64,000 nucleotides of DNA, taken from the NCBI GenBank assembly GCA_013265495.1, contig MU058059.1, positions 2,083,502 through 2,147,501 on the forward strand, in the 5' to 3' direction. This stretch comes from Vicugna vicugna. Its lineage: Eukaryota. Shown one piece after another: positions 1-12,970 of the stretch (its first letter is position 1; each line of letters opens with the position of its first letter). The notes under the pieces are model-generated. The model saw nothing but the letters and a program-made list of their open reading frames with translations. It was not told the DNA's origin and did not search any database. The translations under genes and the position numbers were made by a program.

Positions 1-3000
1 GAACAAGGATCAATGAACAAACACCAATCAAAACTGTACAGTGGTTGAAAGCTAGAAAGGCAGGTGGTTGGTGGAGAAATTGGACCAAACTAGAAATACT
101 GAAGATGGAGGTTGGGCTGGGCATTTTCTGATGCCTCTACCCCTGGAGGATACCTTGATCTCCTTCTGTCTGTTTGGTTACCCAGTTAACAATTTATGTC
201 TCATTTACAATTGGATAGATCCTGATAGATTCAGAAACCTCTTGGTCGCAGACCAGAATTAAAATATCCTGATAGGGTCTTTAATGTACAAGGGACAGCT
301 GAGGTAACCATGGGGAGGAAATGACTGCCTTTTTTCACTAGCGTGAGCCAGAAAATCCAAACCAGAAGCAAGCGGAGGATGTCTTCTTCCTGTGGACGAT
401 ATTAACTGGGCCACTTTTCATGCAGTCAGTCTGACTCGAGTCTTTTATGAAATGTGAAATTTAACGTTCGTCCCTGAAACGAAGAGTCGTCTCTTTAAAA
501 GTTGTTCACCATGTCACTCAAGGTGTTAGTGCTCACATGGGATGGGTTGAGAATGGCTCCATCAATTCTGTCTTCCTACGGGTTCCAGATCTGCAGGAAA
601 AGAACTTAGTCCCTGAGACTTTAAATTGTTTTGAACAGTACTGGTCACAAACAGACTTTTTCTCTTTGCTTTATTTCCCACGATCTATTCTCTTTCCTGG
701 TTTTAATCTGTCTTAAAATGCACTGCATTATGGGTTTATAAATGTAAAATAATTTCATAAGTTGCAGAGGGTTAGCTAAATGCTTTATTATTATTTCCCA
801 CTTGTAATTTCTTGAATAAGTTTGTTCCTTGTAAATACTGAAAAGTAGAAAGGTCCGTTAGCATCATTGGCCAGAACAACAGTCTGGATGGAGGCCACCT
901 GGGCCACCTGGTCACAGTGTTTCTGAGCAAGGACAAGGCTGAACCCAAGCAGACCAAATCTGCAAGGCTCTGGTCCTTTCATTTAGGTAATGAATGTATT
1001 TGATATCCACGCTGAGAGACACTGAATGACAATGCTTAGTATTTGCGTTTCTTAAGTGCTATTACACAGATAATCTAATTTTTTTATCATAATAATACTG
1101 TGAGGTAGGAAGACCAAACAGTAACAATGATGCCACTGGACCACACTGGAAACAGACATACTTCTCCCTACGGCTGTGACAGCCAAGTGCCCCACTTTGG
1201 CCAAGACCAGAATTAGTGTAGAGCCTGGCCCTGATCATGCTTGAACAGTAAGACAAAAAAGAAACAGTAAGACAAAAAGAAAAACCTGACACCTTCAAGA
1301 AAAGTAAAAATAAAGCATGTCCAGCTATTCTAAATGTCTGAAAGGGGAAGAGGATCATTTTCTCCTGTCACTTAGAAGTGCCGGGGTTCTATGTGAGGAT
1401 GAACTCTAGCCTGATCAGGGACCACAACCACCCAGCGCCCTTGGCACCAGGGAGCACACCAAGGATGCCGGTGAGCCAACACAGGTGCCCTAGAAGGTTC
1501 TCTATTTCTCTAAGTCCTATCTCTTTGACTAGACTAGAAGAGTCTTGGCCAGAAACTAAATGCTGGAGAGCCACACACAACCACTATGGCCACTCTGCCT
1601 GGCAGCCTAGCTCCTGTGAGGCTGACTCAGGACATCACCTGGCCACTTCTGCCCCGCTGCCAGCTTTCCCTGGCATATCCAAGCACCACTCCTGCAGGGG
1701 GAGGGAAAGAGGCAACCCTCCTGTAAGGCAGGGTCCCACCATTCCACGCCCCCACCACCACCGTCTTCCCCAGGGACCACTCTTCAGCCTAATGCATAAA
1801 TGAATCAATCGTGTGCGTGTGGACTCATGGGACTGGGAAGACAGTAGGAGAAATGCCTGCAGGGAAGGCTGGGTGCAGTGATGCAAATAATGTCATCATT
1901 CCCTTTCTCTCTCTCTCTAGCTTGCCTTTGCTTATGTTGGTAGGATGGCTGGTTCTTTCCCTTCTAATTCAAATAGATTATACCCATGTGGCGCAGGGCC
2001 CTGCTAAAACCAGGCTTACAATGTGCCAACGTAGCAACCCCAGAGGAAAGGAGCCTCTCCCTCTCGCTCTGGTGTGTCTGGTCCTCGGGGGAAGGTCCCT
2101 CACAGGACTAGCGTGGGTGACACGCTCACTGCTGTGACCAGCCATTGGGACGGGGCTGTGATTCCCTAGGCAGGCTCTCAGGAACTATGATTGGCAGCCC
2201 CACTGGAAACAGGAGCTGAGGACAAGGGGTTCTCCAAAGGAAGACACCCACTATGAATGTCTACTATGGTGAATCCCCTGAAGAGTCAGCACATCATTTG
2301 TGCAGCAAATTCCTCCTATGGACAAAGGAAGTGATGAGAATGGATATTTGACGCTATCCCATACATCTCTACACAACTACCCATGGGCCAGGTCTCCCGG
2401 GGTGAGCAGCAGAATTCAGTTCAGAAGTCATCCTCTTTGACAGAAACATGCAGGGAGGCATCCTTCCATTTCAGCCGTTGGTATGATGTCTGGCTTGAGC
2501 CCACATTATCTGTCATTCAGTTTCAGGAACATCTGACACACCTTTTCACACTGAGAGCTAATTGCCCTATTTTCAAACCTGGAACTGTCCCTCTTGTGAT
2601 ATTTTTCCAATTGCAGTGATATATTTGTCTAGCCAGCAAGCTCTGCCAAAGCCAGAGTTATTCTGGAGAGTAGTCGGGGTGGGGAGCAGGGGAGTTATTC
2701 AGCAACAAAAGGAAATTCTCTCTGAATCAAAAGTTCCACAGCAAGAGCAGACTTTCCTTAACAACACATATATGGTAATCAAAATGGTTTGCTATCCCTT
2801 TTTAATCTTCACGAAATGAATACACTCAATCATGGAAGTCATTCTGAAATTGCTTACTTCAAATAATGCAATGAATACATTACAAAAGTAATTAAGGGAG
2901 AACCCAAGTGAAATAGAGCAGTGTTCTACACCAAGATATCTTCATAACCGGACAAAAAAACCCAAGACAACCCACAGGTTAGGCACGGGAGCTAGATAAA

Positions 3001-3399
3001 TAAAAACCAAGCCAATAGGTATGTAAAACAAATAAGGTCCACTGCAGAATACTGAGCTGGATTCCACATTTCTAATACTCCTCAGTGTGTATTTTTATTA
3101 CCTAGGAAAGAGGAACCAACAGGCACTCAATTTAACTTATACTTCGACATATTACTTTATTACTAATAGTTACTGATCACTATGTATAAACTGTTCTGGC
3201 AAGAAGTACAGAGAATACAAAAAAAAAAAAAAACCAAACACATAAAAACTTGATCCTGTCCTGTAGGAGATTAGAGTTCAGATGAGGAGTTAACTTATAT
3301 TTGGTGCGCTTAAAACTAAAATTAGATGAAGAGGGTTCTGTGTCCTGTGAGTAGATATATGCTGTTCTCCTCTGGAATTTAGAAGACATGAGAAATTAA

Positions 3400-3790
3400 G
3401 GCAAGACTTTCGGGAGGTTCCATTTGGCCTTGGCCCTGAATGTGGATGAAAGTTTCATGGATGGAGATGCTAAGGAGAGCCAGGGAAGGAGTATGCTCAG
3501 GGGAAGCACAGTGGGGTCTTGCAGGGGCAGAAATGCAGGTAGGAAATTCTGGAAGATGCAGCTGGAAAAGGAGTTGGTAAAAAACAGTGCAAGCCCTCAA
3601 GGCTAGGAAGGCGCTTTCCAAACTTACCATCCAGGCAGACAGAGGCTGTTAGAATGTTTTGAGAAGGGGAGTGCTGTAGTCAACATGGTGATGTAGGAAC
3701 ATGATTCTTGGCCATGTGAAAGGGCATTGTCACTGGAAGAAAAGAAACTGGGGGCATGGGAAGTGTAGGTGAGCTGATTAGAGCTTGGGT
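3400..3790 (-). mobile_element. LINE-2 fragment (degenerate)
   Basis: Purine-rich sequence resembling antisense L2 3' region. Confidence 0.5.
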
Positions 3791-3792
3791 GT

Positions 3793-4164
3793 TGTGCTAG
3801 TTGGCTAGGGAGGTCCTAACAGACCTAACCAGCCTGAGGCTCTTAAACCACAGACGTGTATGATAGTGCTGGAGGCTGGAAACCTGAGACCAAAGGTGTC
3901 GGCAGGGCTGGTTTTGTCTGAGGTTTCTCTCCTTGGCTTGGGGTGGTTGTCTTCCTCTGTCCTCACACGGCCTTTCCTCTGCGTACCTTAATCTCCTTTG
4001 TATAAAGACACTAGTCATGTAAGACTAGGGCCCACCCTAGTGACCTCACTTTACCTTAATCGTCCCTTTAAAAGCCCTATCTCCACATACAGTCACACTG
4101 TGCTCTATAGGAGTTGGGACTTCAAGCTATGAATCTGGGGGGGGGCACAATTCAGTCCATAACA
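3793..4164 (-). mobile_element. MaLR solo LTR (MLT1A/B/C-like)
   Basis: Ends ...ggggcacaattcagtccataaca, the reverse complement of the MLT1 5' end TGTTATGGACTGAATTGTG. Typical internal motifs ctggaggctggaa and agggcccaccct. TG...CA termini. Confidence 0.9.
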
Positions 4165-6554
4165 GGGATAATCAGGGCTTGAATTAATGGAGGGAGAAAC
4201 ACAGGTCACTGAATTCACTCTAGATGTGGGAGGGGTCGTCTTTTCTTCTCAGTTAAGACAAGAGAAAATTTAGAGTACCAACGATTGCAAAAACACATAA
4301 AAATGAGAAGATGGAAAACAAGCAAATTCGCACCCAGTGGTCTCAATTTCCACGGTAAAGCTAAAGGCAAGATGTAGTGGAAACATCTTGATGAGTTAAT
4401 GAACTCAAGTTTTTCAGTCTGGGAGTCAGAAAAGGTGTTGGGGTCACAGCTCTACTGTGAGACCTGAGCTCGCCCTCACCTGTCTGCTGCTCTCCAGACC
4501 AGCAGTGCTACCTCCCTGAGATACGTGTGTGAAAGCATCCTGCAGACTGGAAAGCCCTCTGAAGTCACTGGCTGTTAATTATTTTATATGTTTATTATGT
4601 GAGTGGGAAGATTGCCCACAGAGCAGACCTTTCAGGAACATTCTGGAGCCAAACGGATCTCAACCCTCAGATGTCCTACAGCCCCCTCCTCAGACCAGAC
4701 TGAGCTGAAAGAGACTTTTCTCCAATATGTTTGGCAGACTCCCTCTTCCCAAAGGCTTCCCATCTTCAACCACTGGACCTTGAACTTGATACTTTCACAA
4801 TACAAGTTACTGAAACCTCTCACCAATGTCCACAATAATTTAGTGCCCATACAGTGCGAATTATCATGAAACTGGCTGCTAGTACTTTATAAATTACTCT
4901 AGTTTCTCACATTTTTCATATCAGGATGTCATATTCCCTCTTAATCTAATCTATCACTTCAGGATACAATGTCACTTTAATAAAATTTCTGAAATATTGT
5001 AGAAAAGATCGTCACTTCTTTGGTACCTATCAATGACTTGTATGATTCAAAAACTGCCACTATTACTCTTGGATTGATAAGTTGGGTTTCCAAAACAGTT
5101 CGAAGTCAACTGTTTTCCCCAAGATACAATTTTTTTATTATAAAAATGATATACATTGGTTAGGTTTCTAGGTCAGTCTATAAAAATCTGTAAAACCCTA
5201 AAAGAGAATGGACGTCACAGCCTTACACCACCCTGTTCAAGCCACGGGAAAGTGTTTTGTCTTTCTCAGAAGCAGAGAGAAGATTCTTTCTCAGAAACAC
5301 ACATCTCATGGCCCCAAACTGTTCCATGTGTCCATTTCTAAACACCTTCTCTGGGATACAAATCTGTTCACTGACTTCAGCCAATCAGGGGCTGGGGGTG
5401 ATGTAAGATCTCCCTGAAACTCCTGGACTGAAAAGGGGAAGGACAATACCTGAAAAAGGAGAAGAAAAGAAGGCAGTGTGGATGCTGGGCACACCCCATT
5501 CACCACACACACTGTACAAAGCAAGAAGAGCCGTTTTCTCTCCATTCCTCCTACAATGCCAGCTTGAAAACCTCCAACTTCACCTTTTCTCCCTTAATCC
5601 CTGTTGTCATGCACCAAAATAGCCCACATCAGCACTCATGTTGTGAATAACCCGTTCAGTCCCCTCAGTTCTTCATGCCATGCATCCCTCTCTGCGTGCC
5701 CTCCCTGACCCCCACGTTGGTGCTGCTGATCTCAGTTGGTAGTGGGAAGACGCTAGCTAGATGAAGACACTGAGGTCGATGAGGCACTAACTCAGGTATT
5801 TGTGTTTTTAAAGTAGATGTCTTTTTCTACTCCCAACATCCCATCAATCACAGATTGGTGAAATTTCAGTCTGCAAAAACACAGAGAAATAATAAAAGAT
5901 GAAATGGAAGTAGAGATGACAAGCAATGCAGCTGTGTCTGGGTCTCTTTCTCTGTATACATTTTCCTTACGATTCCTTCTATTTATGCAACCTTTTCCTC
6001 TCCTAATTCTGAATCCACCAACACCCTAACTGTTGTAAGGGGACAAGTAAGACCATACATGCCAGTCCATGCAAAGAACAGGGTGGGGACTGTCACATTT
6101 TGATGTAAGTTATGGGTGCTTCCACATTCGTTCGTCTTATAAAGGCCACTGCAAGGAGTTACAGATGAATTACTAGGTAGGCACATGGCGAATGACAGAT
6201 ACAAACACACTAGGCTTTAAGTCATCATCCATTACAGGAAGCACTCTATTTTATATAATACTAAGAAAAGGAAAAAAAAAAGTACTGCTAATTGTAAGAG
6301 CCATCAATTTTAAAAACAAACAAAAAAACTACATTTTGAATTGATGGAATGCAGTGTGCACATTCTTTCAAAAATTAGATTATTTTCTAACTAATTTAAG
6401 TGCAGTTTGGAATAAGCACGTAAGAGTAATCATACGCCAAGAAGGCGTCAAAGGAAACAGATCTGGAATAGCCATGTAGATGAAAATTTGAGGAGTTAGT
6501 TTTCCTTTTTACCAAAAATCCAAGCAGGTATTCCCATTCCTGGGTCTTTCAGAC

Positions 6555-7130
6555 TATTCATTCAAAAATCCATTAATAGTATATGAGCAGGAATAAATTA
6601 GGAAGTTTGGAATTAACTGATACACACTACTGAATATAAAGTAGATAAACAACAAGGATCTGCTGTATAGCACAGGGAACTATATTCAGTTTCTTGTAAT
6701 AACATATAATGGAAAAGAATCTGAAAAAATTATGTATCTATGTATATGTATAATTGAGTTGCTTTGCTGTACATCTGAAACTAACATTGTAAATCAACTC
6801 CACTTCAGTAAAAAACAAAATTCTTTAAATAAAGAAAGAAAATGGCTGCACCATAAAAAAAATAGTGTATTAGTACCTGAACACAGGCTATAGACAAGTC
6901 ACTCTGCTAGGCTCTGTGCAGAGTACAGAGAAATACAAAATATGGTACCAATCCTTAAGATGTTTATAACTTAGTTGAGAAGAGAAATCACGTATAATAA
7001 AATAGAAAAACTAAAATGGAAAAAGCCAATGTATTATGTTCCAAATAATTCAGGAAGGATCACTGTGGTCCAGCACCATAGGGAAGACTTTGGATTTCAA
7101 CTGGATCTTGAGGAATGGGTAAGGTCTAGA
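6555..7130 (-). mobile_element. L2 3'-end fragment interrupted by the L1 above
   Basis: attcattcaa start, then ctctgctaggctctg...acttagttgagaaga and ctggatcttgaggaatgggta, typical of antisense L2. Confidence 0.6.
6585..6860 (+). mobile_element. 5'-truncated L1 3'UTR (artiodactyl/camelid lineage) nested in an L2
   Basis: Motifs gataaacaacaag...tatagcacagggaactatattca...gctgtaca...cattgtaaatcaac plus A-rich tail. TSD aatagtatat (6575-6584) / aatagtgtat (6861-6870). Confidence 0.9.
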
Positions 7131-9759
7131 CAGTGGTTGCAGGTACTCTGTACTTCACTAGTTGGGGAAGGGCAGGATGCTCTGATGTGAAAACTCATCA
7201 GAGACCCCCCTGGACCCAGCCGGTGTTCATCCACTTCTCTCCTACTCGGTTAGGAAACGCAGCTGGAGAATCAAAGGGCAGTGAGCAGACTGATTTATTA
7301 GTGTCCTCTGCTTTCACCAAATTGCTTCTCTCTGGGATCTTCTGGCCAGTGAGTCTAAACTGGGTTCTTGTCATTCAATTCTTAGCCAGGCATCTGGGTT
7401 GACTGAATTCTCTTTATGGCCCAACTATCAATATCCTGGGACCTACTGGTACAGTTGTTACACGGTGACACTGGAAGCTACCAAATGGTGATTTGAGAGC
7501 ATCTGCTCAGCAGAAGAGCCAGGATTATAAAAATCCTTCCCATGATCACAACTCCCTCCTAAGTCTCTGAAGATCAAGGACAATGGCTAGTATATTAAGA
7601 GCTAAAGAATGTTTGCACTGCCTGCGGTTTTGACCCAAATCCCAGTGCAGAACTCCAATAGGCTGCCTGGGATTCTGGCGGACTCACTCGTCCAGAATGG
7701 AGGTCTCAGTGGCCATTTTTCACTCTGTTCCAACCTATTTTTCAGATTATACTGCTCCACAAAGAAAAGCCATATGACAGATAAGAACTGCCTGTCTCCA
7801 AGCTCAACCCACCTGAAAATGTGGCCTTACCCATTGGGACAGCGGGTGCCTCCTTGGCAGTGGAGTAAGTCAGGGACAGAGACACCTCTTCCCTAGAGAG
7901 TCACAGGAGTGACCCTTATTTCGGACCCCCAAATTAGAATGCATTAAACGGGCAAGGGAATAAAACTGAAATCACATAGGATTCCCTCTCCAGTGAATAT
8001 CATTTACTGAAAAGAGTAAGTGATGGGAAAATCTAGGCAATACAATGACCAGGAAAAGAGGGAAAATATCCACAGAATTTTTATGTATGTAAACAATCAG
8101 AATGTTTCAGATTAAAAGACAAGAAAAAATATTTTTTGCAAAAGCAAGTTGGGGAGGGGACTAATGGAGACGTCCTTAAATATCAGAATTACTGCAGCAG
8201 CTCTGTACTTGGCTTTGTCCTTTGGGCCATCTAAACATGGCCAATGGGGTCAGCTCCTGGCTTGAAACGCCTGCTCTCTCCCCTCCGTCCCTCCTCACCG
8301 ACCTTTATCATGACTCAGCATCTCTGACTTTGTCTACAACGTTAAATAGTAAAAGGCCCCAGAGAGTTCCTGACTTTGTCTTAAATCCATCAACCAATTC
8401 TAGAAGATAACGCTACAAGTCATGTTATTCTACGGTAACAAGGAACGATGGGTCATTAGTCTCAAAATAAAGGGTTTTAGCCACAGCTGTAATGTTCTGC
8501 TACATTTAAAAAAAAAAAAAAGGGAACTAGGGAGACTCCCCTTTGTCTGCACAAGCTCCTGTCCAGCCCCAAGCTCCGCCCATTGGGAAATGAGCCAAAT
8601 CTCCAGCCCAGAATGTGATGAGCTGATCAGCGCCCACCCCCCTGGAGGGCTGAGTAAGGGAGCTGAGTGGAGGCTTGGGACCTAAGTGGGTTTCTTCCTT
8701 CTCAAAGCCAAAGCCTAATCTCAATGGGTGCTACTTGGCAAGCCAAGACCACAGGCACACCTTCTCTGAGCCTCTACCTCTACCCCATTTCCCATCACTA
8801 GGACTCTCACTTCCACCCACCCACCCACTGCCCAGCACTGCTCATCCTTGCTTCTCTCAGCCCTTCAGCCTGCTGGTTTGTGCCTCAGCTGGGGGCTCCT
8901 CGCCACACCCATGGCCACCACTGTCAAGCCAGAGGGTCATGAAAACACTACGTGTAGTTAGTCTTAAACATGCATGCACACACACAGTGATTTTTTAAAA
9001 ATCACCAGGATGCTTTCTTTCAGAACCAGATTCCTGGCTCTCCCTCCTAACATCTTCTGGTTGGGCTTACAGTCGATGGTGTGACAGTCAAGTGCTGTAA
9101 ATAATAGTCCCCAACTCAATGACACCTGCTGGAAAGTTACTTCTTTATGGGTTTCAGAAGACAGGGTTGGGGTGGGTGGGGGAGGAGGAGAGATGGATTC
9201 AAGCTCTTCAAACATCACTCTATTGATTTATGTATGAAAAATATGGAATCTGTCAAGGCAAACAGCACTCTGTTAAATGTAAAATGTAATACCAGCCGTG
9301 GTGGCCACCGCCGCCAAGACATATATTTCAGGAAGTCAATTTACTTTGAAATGGAATTTTAACACTGGTGAAAGGAGTCACACTGAATCTCTTATTTATA
9401 TGAAAACTGTCTTCAGCAGAGAGGAACATATACAAGCTCAGTCTGCAGAGACGGAAACTGAGCAAATTTAGGGAGACATGTTTGTTTTCTCAGTCATTCA
9501 TTTACCGGCGGATGCGGTGGGCGAAGATGGAGAAGGGGGCCAGAAAGAGAGGGGAAGCTGAGAGTGTCCACGTTCCAGGCCTGCAGAGCTTTCCAGTTCC
9601 TGGAGGTCCATGATCAGTGCTTCTGGCCAGAGCTTCTTTCTCTTGCGCAGCGTGAGTGTCCCCTCTTCAGGACTTGGGGAGTGGCCTTCCTCCGCAGAGA
9701 TTCACATCTCTCTGTTGAAGGCTTATATGGAATGGAGATCCATTCTCTACATCGGCTCT

Positions 9760-9900
9760 GAATTAGAGCTGTGTGATCATGGGCCTGTTGCTTAACCTCT
9801 CTAGGCTCAGTTTCTTCATCAGTGAAGTGGAGATGGCAATGCCTACCTGTCTGGATGTTGTGAGAATTAAATGAGAGGACACAGTACAAGTGGTGTCCAG
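9760..9900 (+). mobile_element. MIR SINE
   Basis: Core match gctgtgtgatcatgggc...cttaacctctctaggctcagtttcttcatc...gttgtgagaattaaatgag. Confidence 0.85.
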
Positions 9901-11902
9901 CTAGCTAGTCAACAACAAAAAGCGCTATTTCCCTCTTTCTCCTTTTTTCCCGAAGTGAAGACATGTCTTGCTTAAGATCCAGACGTAAGGTGGATAAGGC
10001 CGACCCATCTTTCTGTCTCATGGCCCAGCCAAGGAAGCCTCTTCTCTCCTTATAGGCAGTAGCCTTGGAGGAGCTGAGACTGGCTAGAGATAGTGACTGA
10101 GGTAAACTGGTTAAGTCTGCCTGCTTAATTAGCAGGGGCACTGGTTTGCCTTGGCACAGGGGACTTATTGGAAGAGTGTAAATCAAAGTGTCTGAATAGT
10201 AAGCCAGAAACTCCCTGTGGCTGGGCTGAAGATTACCTAAGTAAATCTCAATTCTGGTGATTATACACTTTCAGCACCCAGAAAGGACCCTCTTCCTAGG
10301 CAGAAGTAGCAAGACCTGACTCTCCCCTGCCTCGTGGAGGAGGGAGCTGCCCTTGGAGGAGAGTCACAGAATAACCTCTTTGAGAACAAGATTCCTTCCA
10401 TCACAGAGCCGCAGGGGAATTTAAGGCCATCAGTCCCACTCCCACTGGATTGGATGCCTGATCCCAGCATCCTGTGGGCATCTCCAGTGACCTGACCATT
10501 GGTGCGGGTTCCGGAGCTGTGTCTGCATTTACGCTCAGGCCTGTCCTCAGCCACCCCTGGGGACTGGGGACTCCCTGGAGAAACCCGGTTCTCTCTGATC
10601 ACACACCTTGGCTCCCTGACTTCTTCGGAAATGACACGAGCAAAGAATTTTATTAATATTATAATGTACAACATAATCCATGTGAATTAACAAGAATCCA
10701 CACAGCTCATTTTGGTTCTAATTAGAATCTGAAATTACATTCTCCATTGTAAAATCCGTATCATTTAATCATTGAATTACATATCCCATCCACATTAGTA
10801 GTTCCCAAATTGTGGTGCCTTTGATATAAATATCAATATAGAACGGCTTACGTGCTTTTAGTTTGATATCATAAACAGTGATACGTGCTTTTGGAAAGAT
10901 TATAAAGAAGCCACTTAAGCAGCACAGATCCCCCCTCCCCCAGCCCCTGCCATGTGGCCCACATAAGCTTTGGGGAAATATGTCCAAGAGCATGAGGAAA
11001 ATGGACCCCTGAATCTCACCATCCCCCAATAGCTTTTAACACGTTTATTACAATTTCCTTCTCCTTCTATCTCTCACTCTTTCTCTTTTAAGGCAGAATA
11101 GACCTGCCAAGTAATTCCTTTCAAAAATTCACATCTATTGGTATCACAGGAAATTTAGGGTTAATTCTTTCTGCTTTTTTTTCCCTTCCTTTTTACACTG
11201 CAGGTGCCTTTGGTATATATTGTACTATAAGCTGATTAATTTTCTCCCTTTTGGCTCTAAGACATTTAATTCAACTTGTTTTGGATCTCACAGCTCAGAC
11301 TTTCTGGATGGGCAAGTACTCTGAGTTTTCAAAACAGACTTCTTACAGGCTGTTATTTTCTGTCCTTAATCACAAGTGAAACGAAACGTGGATTGGAGGC
11401 CACACCCACTCCAACCTTCTTTCTTCTCTGTCCCGACCAAACCCAGAGCCTGCAACTGGGAAATATAGGACTGAGAATCAAAATCTAATCTGATGAAGAC
11501 CCAGAAATATGCCTGATGCTGTCATTGTTTTTAAATGAACCCTTCACTGCCCGCTCCGCACCCCTGGAGCTGGGAGAGGGGCCGCTCTGTTGCAGACCTC
11601 TCAGCAGATTCCTCCCTCCTCGAGTAGCATGTGCCTGTATCTCCCAGCTCTGCCCTCATCTCATAGGGTATCCGGGAAACACAACAGGCACATGGGGAGC
11701 TGCGCCCTTCATCAGCATCACCCTTCTTCATCCCTCTGGAGGCTCCTCCCCCCGTGATGCTTGAATTTGCATCTCTTGCCTCCCATTGCTCCCCACTCCA
11801 GTCTCCTCGTGGCCCCAGTAGCCAACACAGCCACTGTAATTCCTTCAGTTTCTATTCCTCTTTCCTCTCAGAGCTTGGGGATCACTTGAAGACATCCCAC
11901 CC

Positions 11903-12190
11903 TGTTACCACCCTGGGCCCTTGGACTCTAAGCAACAGAAATTGATTAAGAGGCCAGATGAGAATTTCAGGCAAGGCTTTAGTGGGGCTCATGCCCCACT
12001 GCACAAGGGATTGAAAGCAAGATACAGGTGCCCTTGCTCACTCCTGGAGGGGAGCTGTTTGGGTCCTTAAATGGGGTGACAACGGGAGCAGATCGGTGGG
12101 CTGACCAGGAGACATAACTTAGGTGGTCGGCCTGCCCCTGATGGTGCTGTGTGCAGGGGTCACGCTTGGTACCTTGCTTTTGCTTTTTCA
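11903..12190 (-). mobile_element. ERV1-class solo LTR (~290 bp)
   Basis: Minus strand reads TG...GGTAACA, with TATA-like CCATTTAAGG and polyA-like ACTAAAGCC in LTR order. No TSD seen. Confidence 0.7.
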
Positions 12191-12594
12191 TGAGTGGGGC
12201 AAAGTCAACAAGGAGGTGGGATATGGACACACAGAGAGGGGTGATGAGGGGAGGAGAGCTCGTCTGCTGAGACTTGGAAAAAACAAGAGGTCCGTGCAGT
12301 TACACACGTGGGGACTTGCCCACTGGTTGGCATGTCCTTGTCAAAGAGGGACAATGAGGAGAGGGGGGTTGGGCAGAGGGCTGAGGACAGTAGCGAGGTG
12401 TGGGACAGCCTCTGAGGGCAGAGGGAGACGCTGAATGGGAGACCAGGTGTTCGCAGTAGCTCCCCTCTGAAGAGCCCAGGGACAGCTGGCTGTTCAGCAC
12501 AGACATACCCCCTACTTTCCCTACTCACTGATAGAGCCCATTCTCTTTCCAGAAGAGATGTGAGTGGTGGAAACATTCATCAGCCTCCCTCGTA

Positions 12595-12970
12595 TCCAGG
12601 GGCGTGTGTGACTCACCAATGAGTGAGAACCACAAGTTCCTAGGCTGTTCTTCCAGAAAGGTTTTTAAAAATTATTATCTGTTTGTGGGCACATTTAGCT
12701 GGCACATGCCCTTCCCCTTTTTCTGCCTGGAGTGCAGACTGAGTGCTGGAAGGAGAGCAGCCATATTGTGACCAGGAGGCAACAAGCCTGAGACAAGAGC
12801 CACATGCTGACAATGAGGGAATGAGGAGGAAGAAGAGCCCGTTGGGAGCATTGTACATGGACATACCAGCCCCACAGATTTCTTTTATGGGGATAAAGTG
12901 AAACCTCTGTTTGATTAAGCCACCAGTCTCAAGTTTTGGCCCATACAACTAAATGCAACCTCAAGTGACT
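12595..12970 (+). mobile_element. Old MaLR LTR (MLT1J/K-like)
   Basis: Motifs ttctgcctggagtgcaga...gcagccatattgtgacca...ttgattaagccac...aaatgcaacc. Confidence 0.75.

Noticed and set aside
577..959. Possible last two coding exons on the minus strand (...FKKLQ / IWNP*)
   Set aside because: Weak acceptor and donor for the 959 exon and no recognisable protein. Kept only as candidate splice sites.
1244..1278. Short tandem duplications (also at ~17821-17855 and ~20276-20308)
   Set aside because: Two-copy slippage duplications with no spacers. Not CRISPR-like and no sign of function.
9956..9984. Plus-strand 29-nt micro-exon candidate after a pyrimidine tract
   Set aside because: AAG acceptor, length not a multiple of three, and no supporting plus-strand gene.
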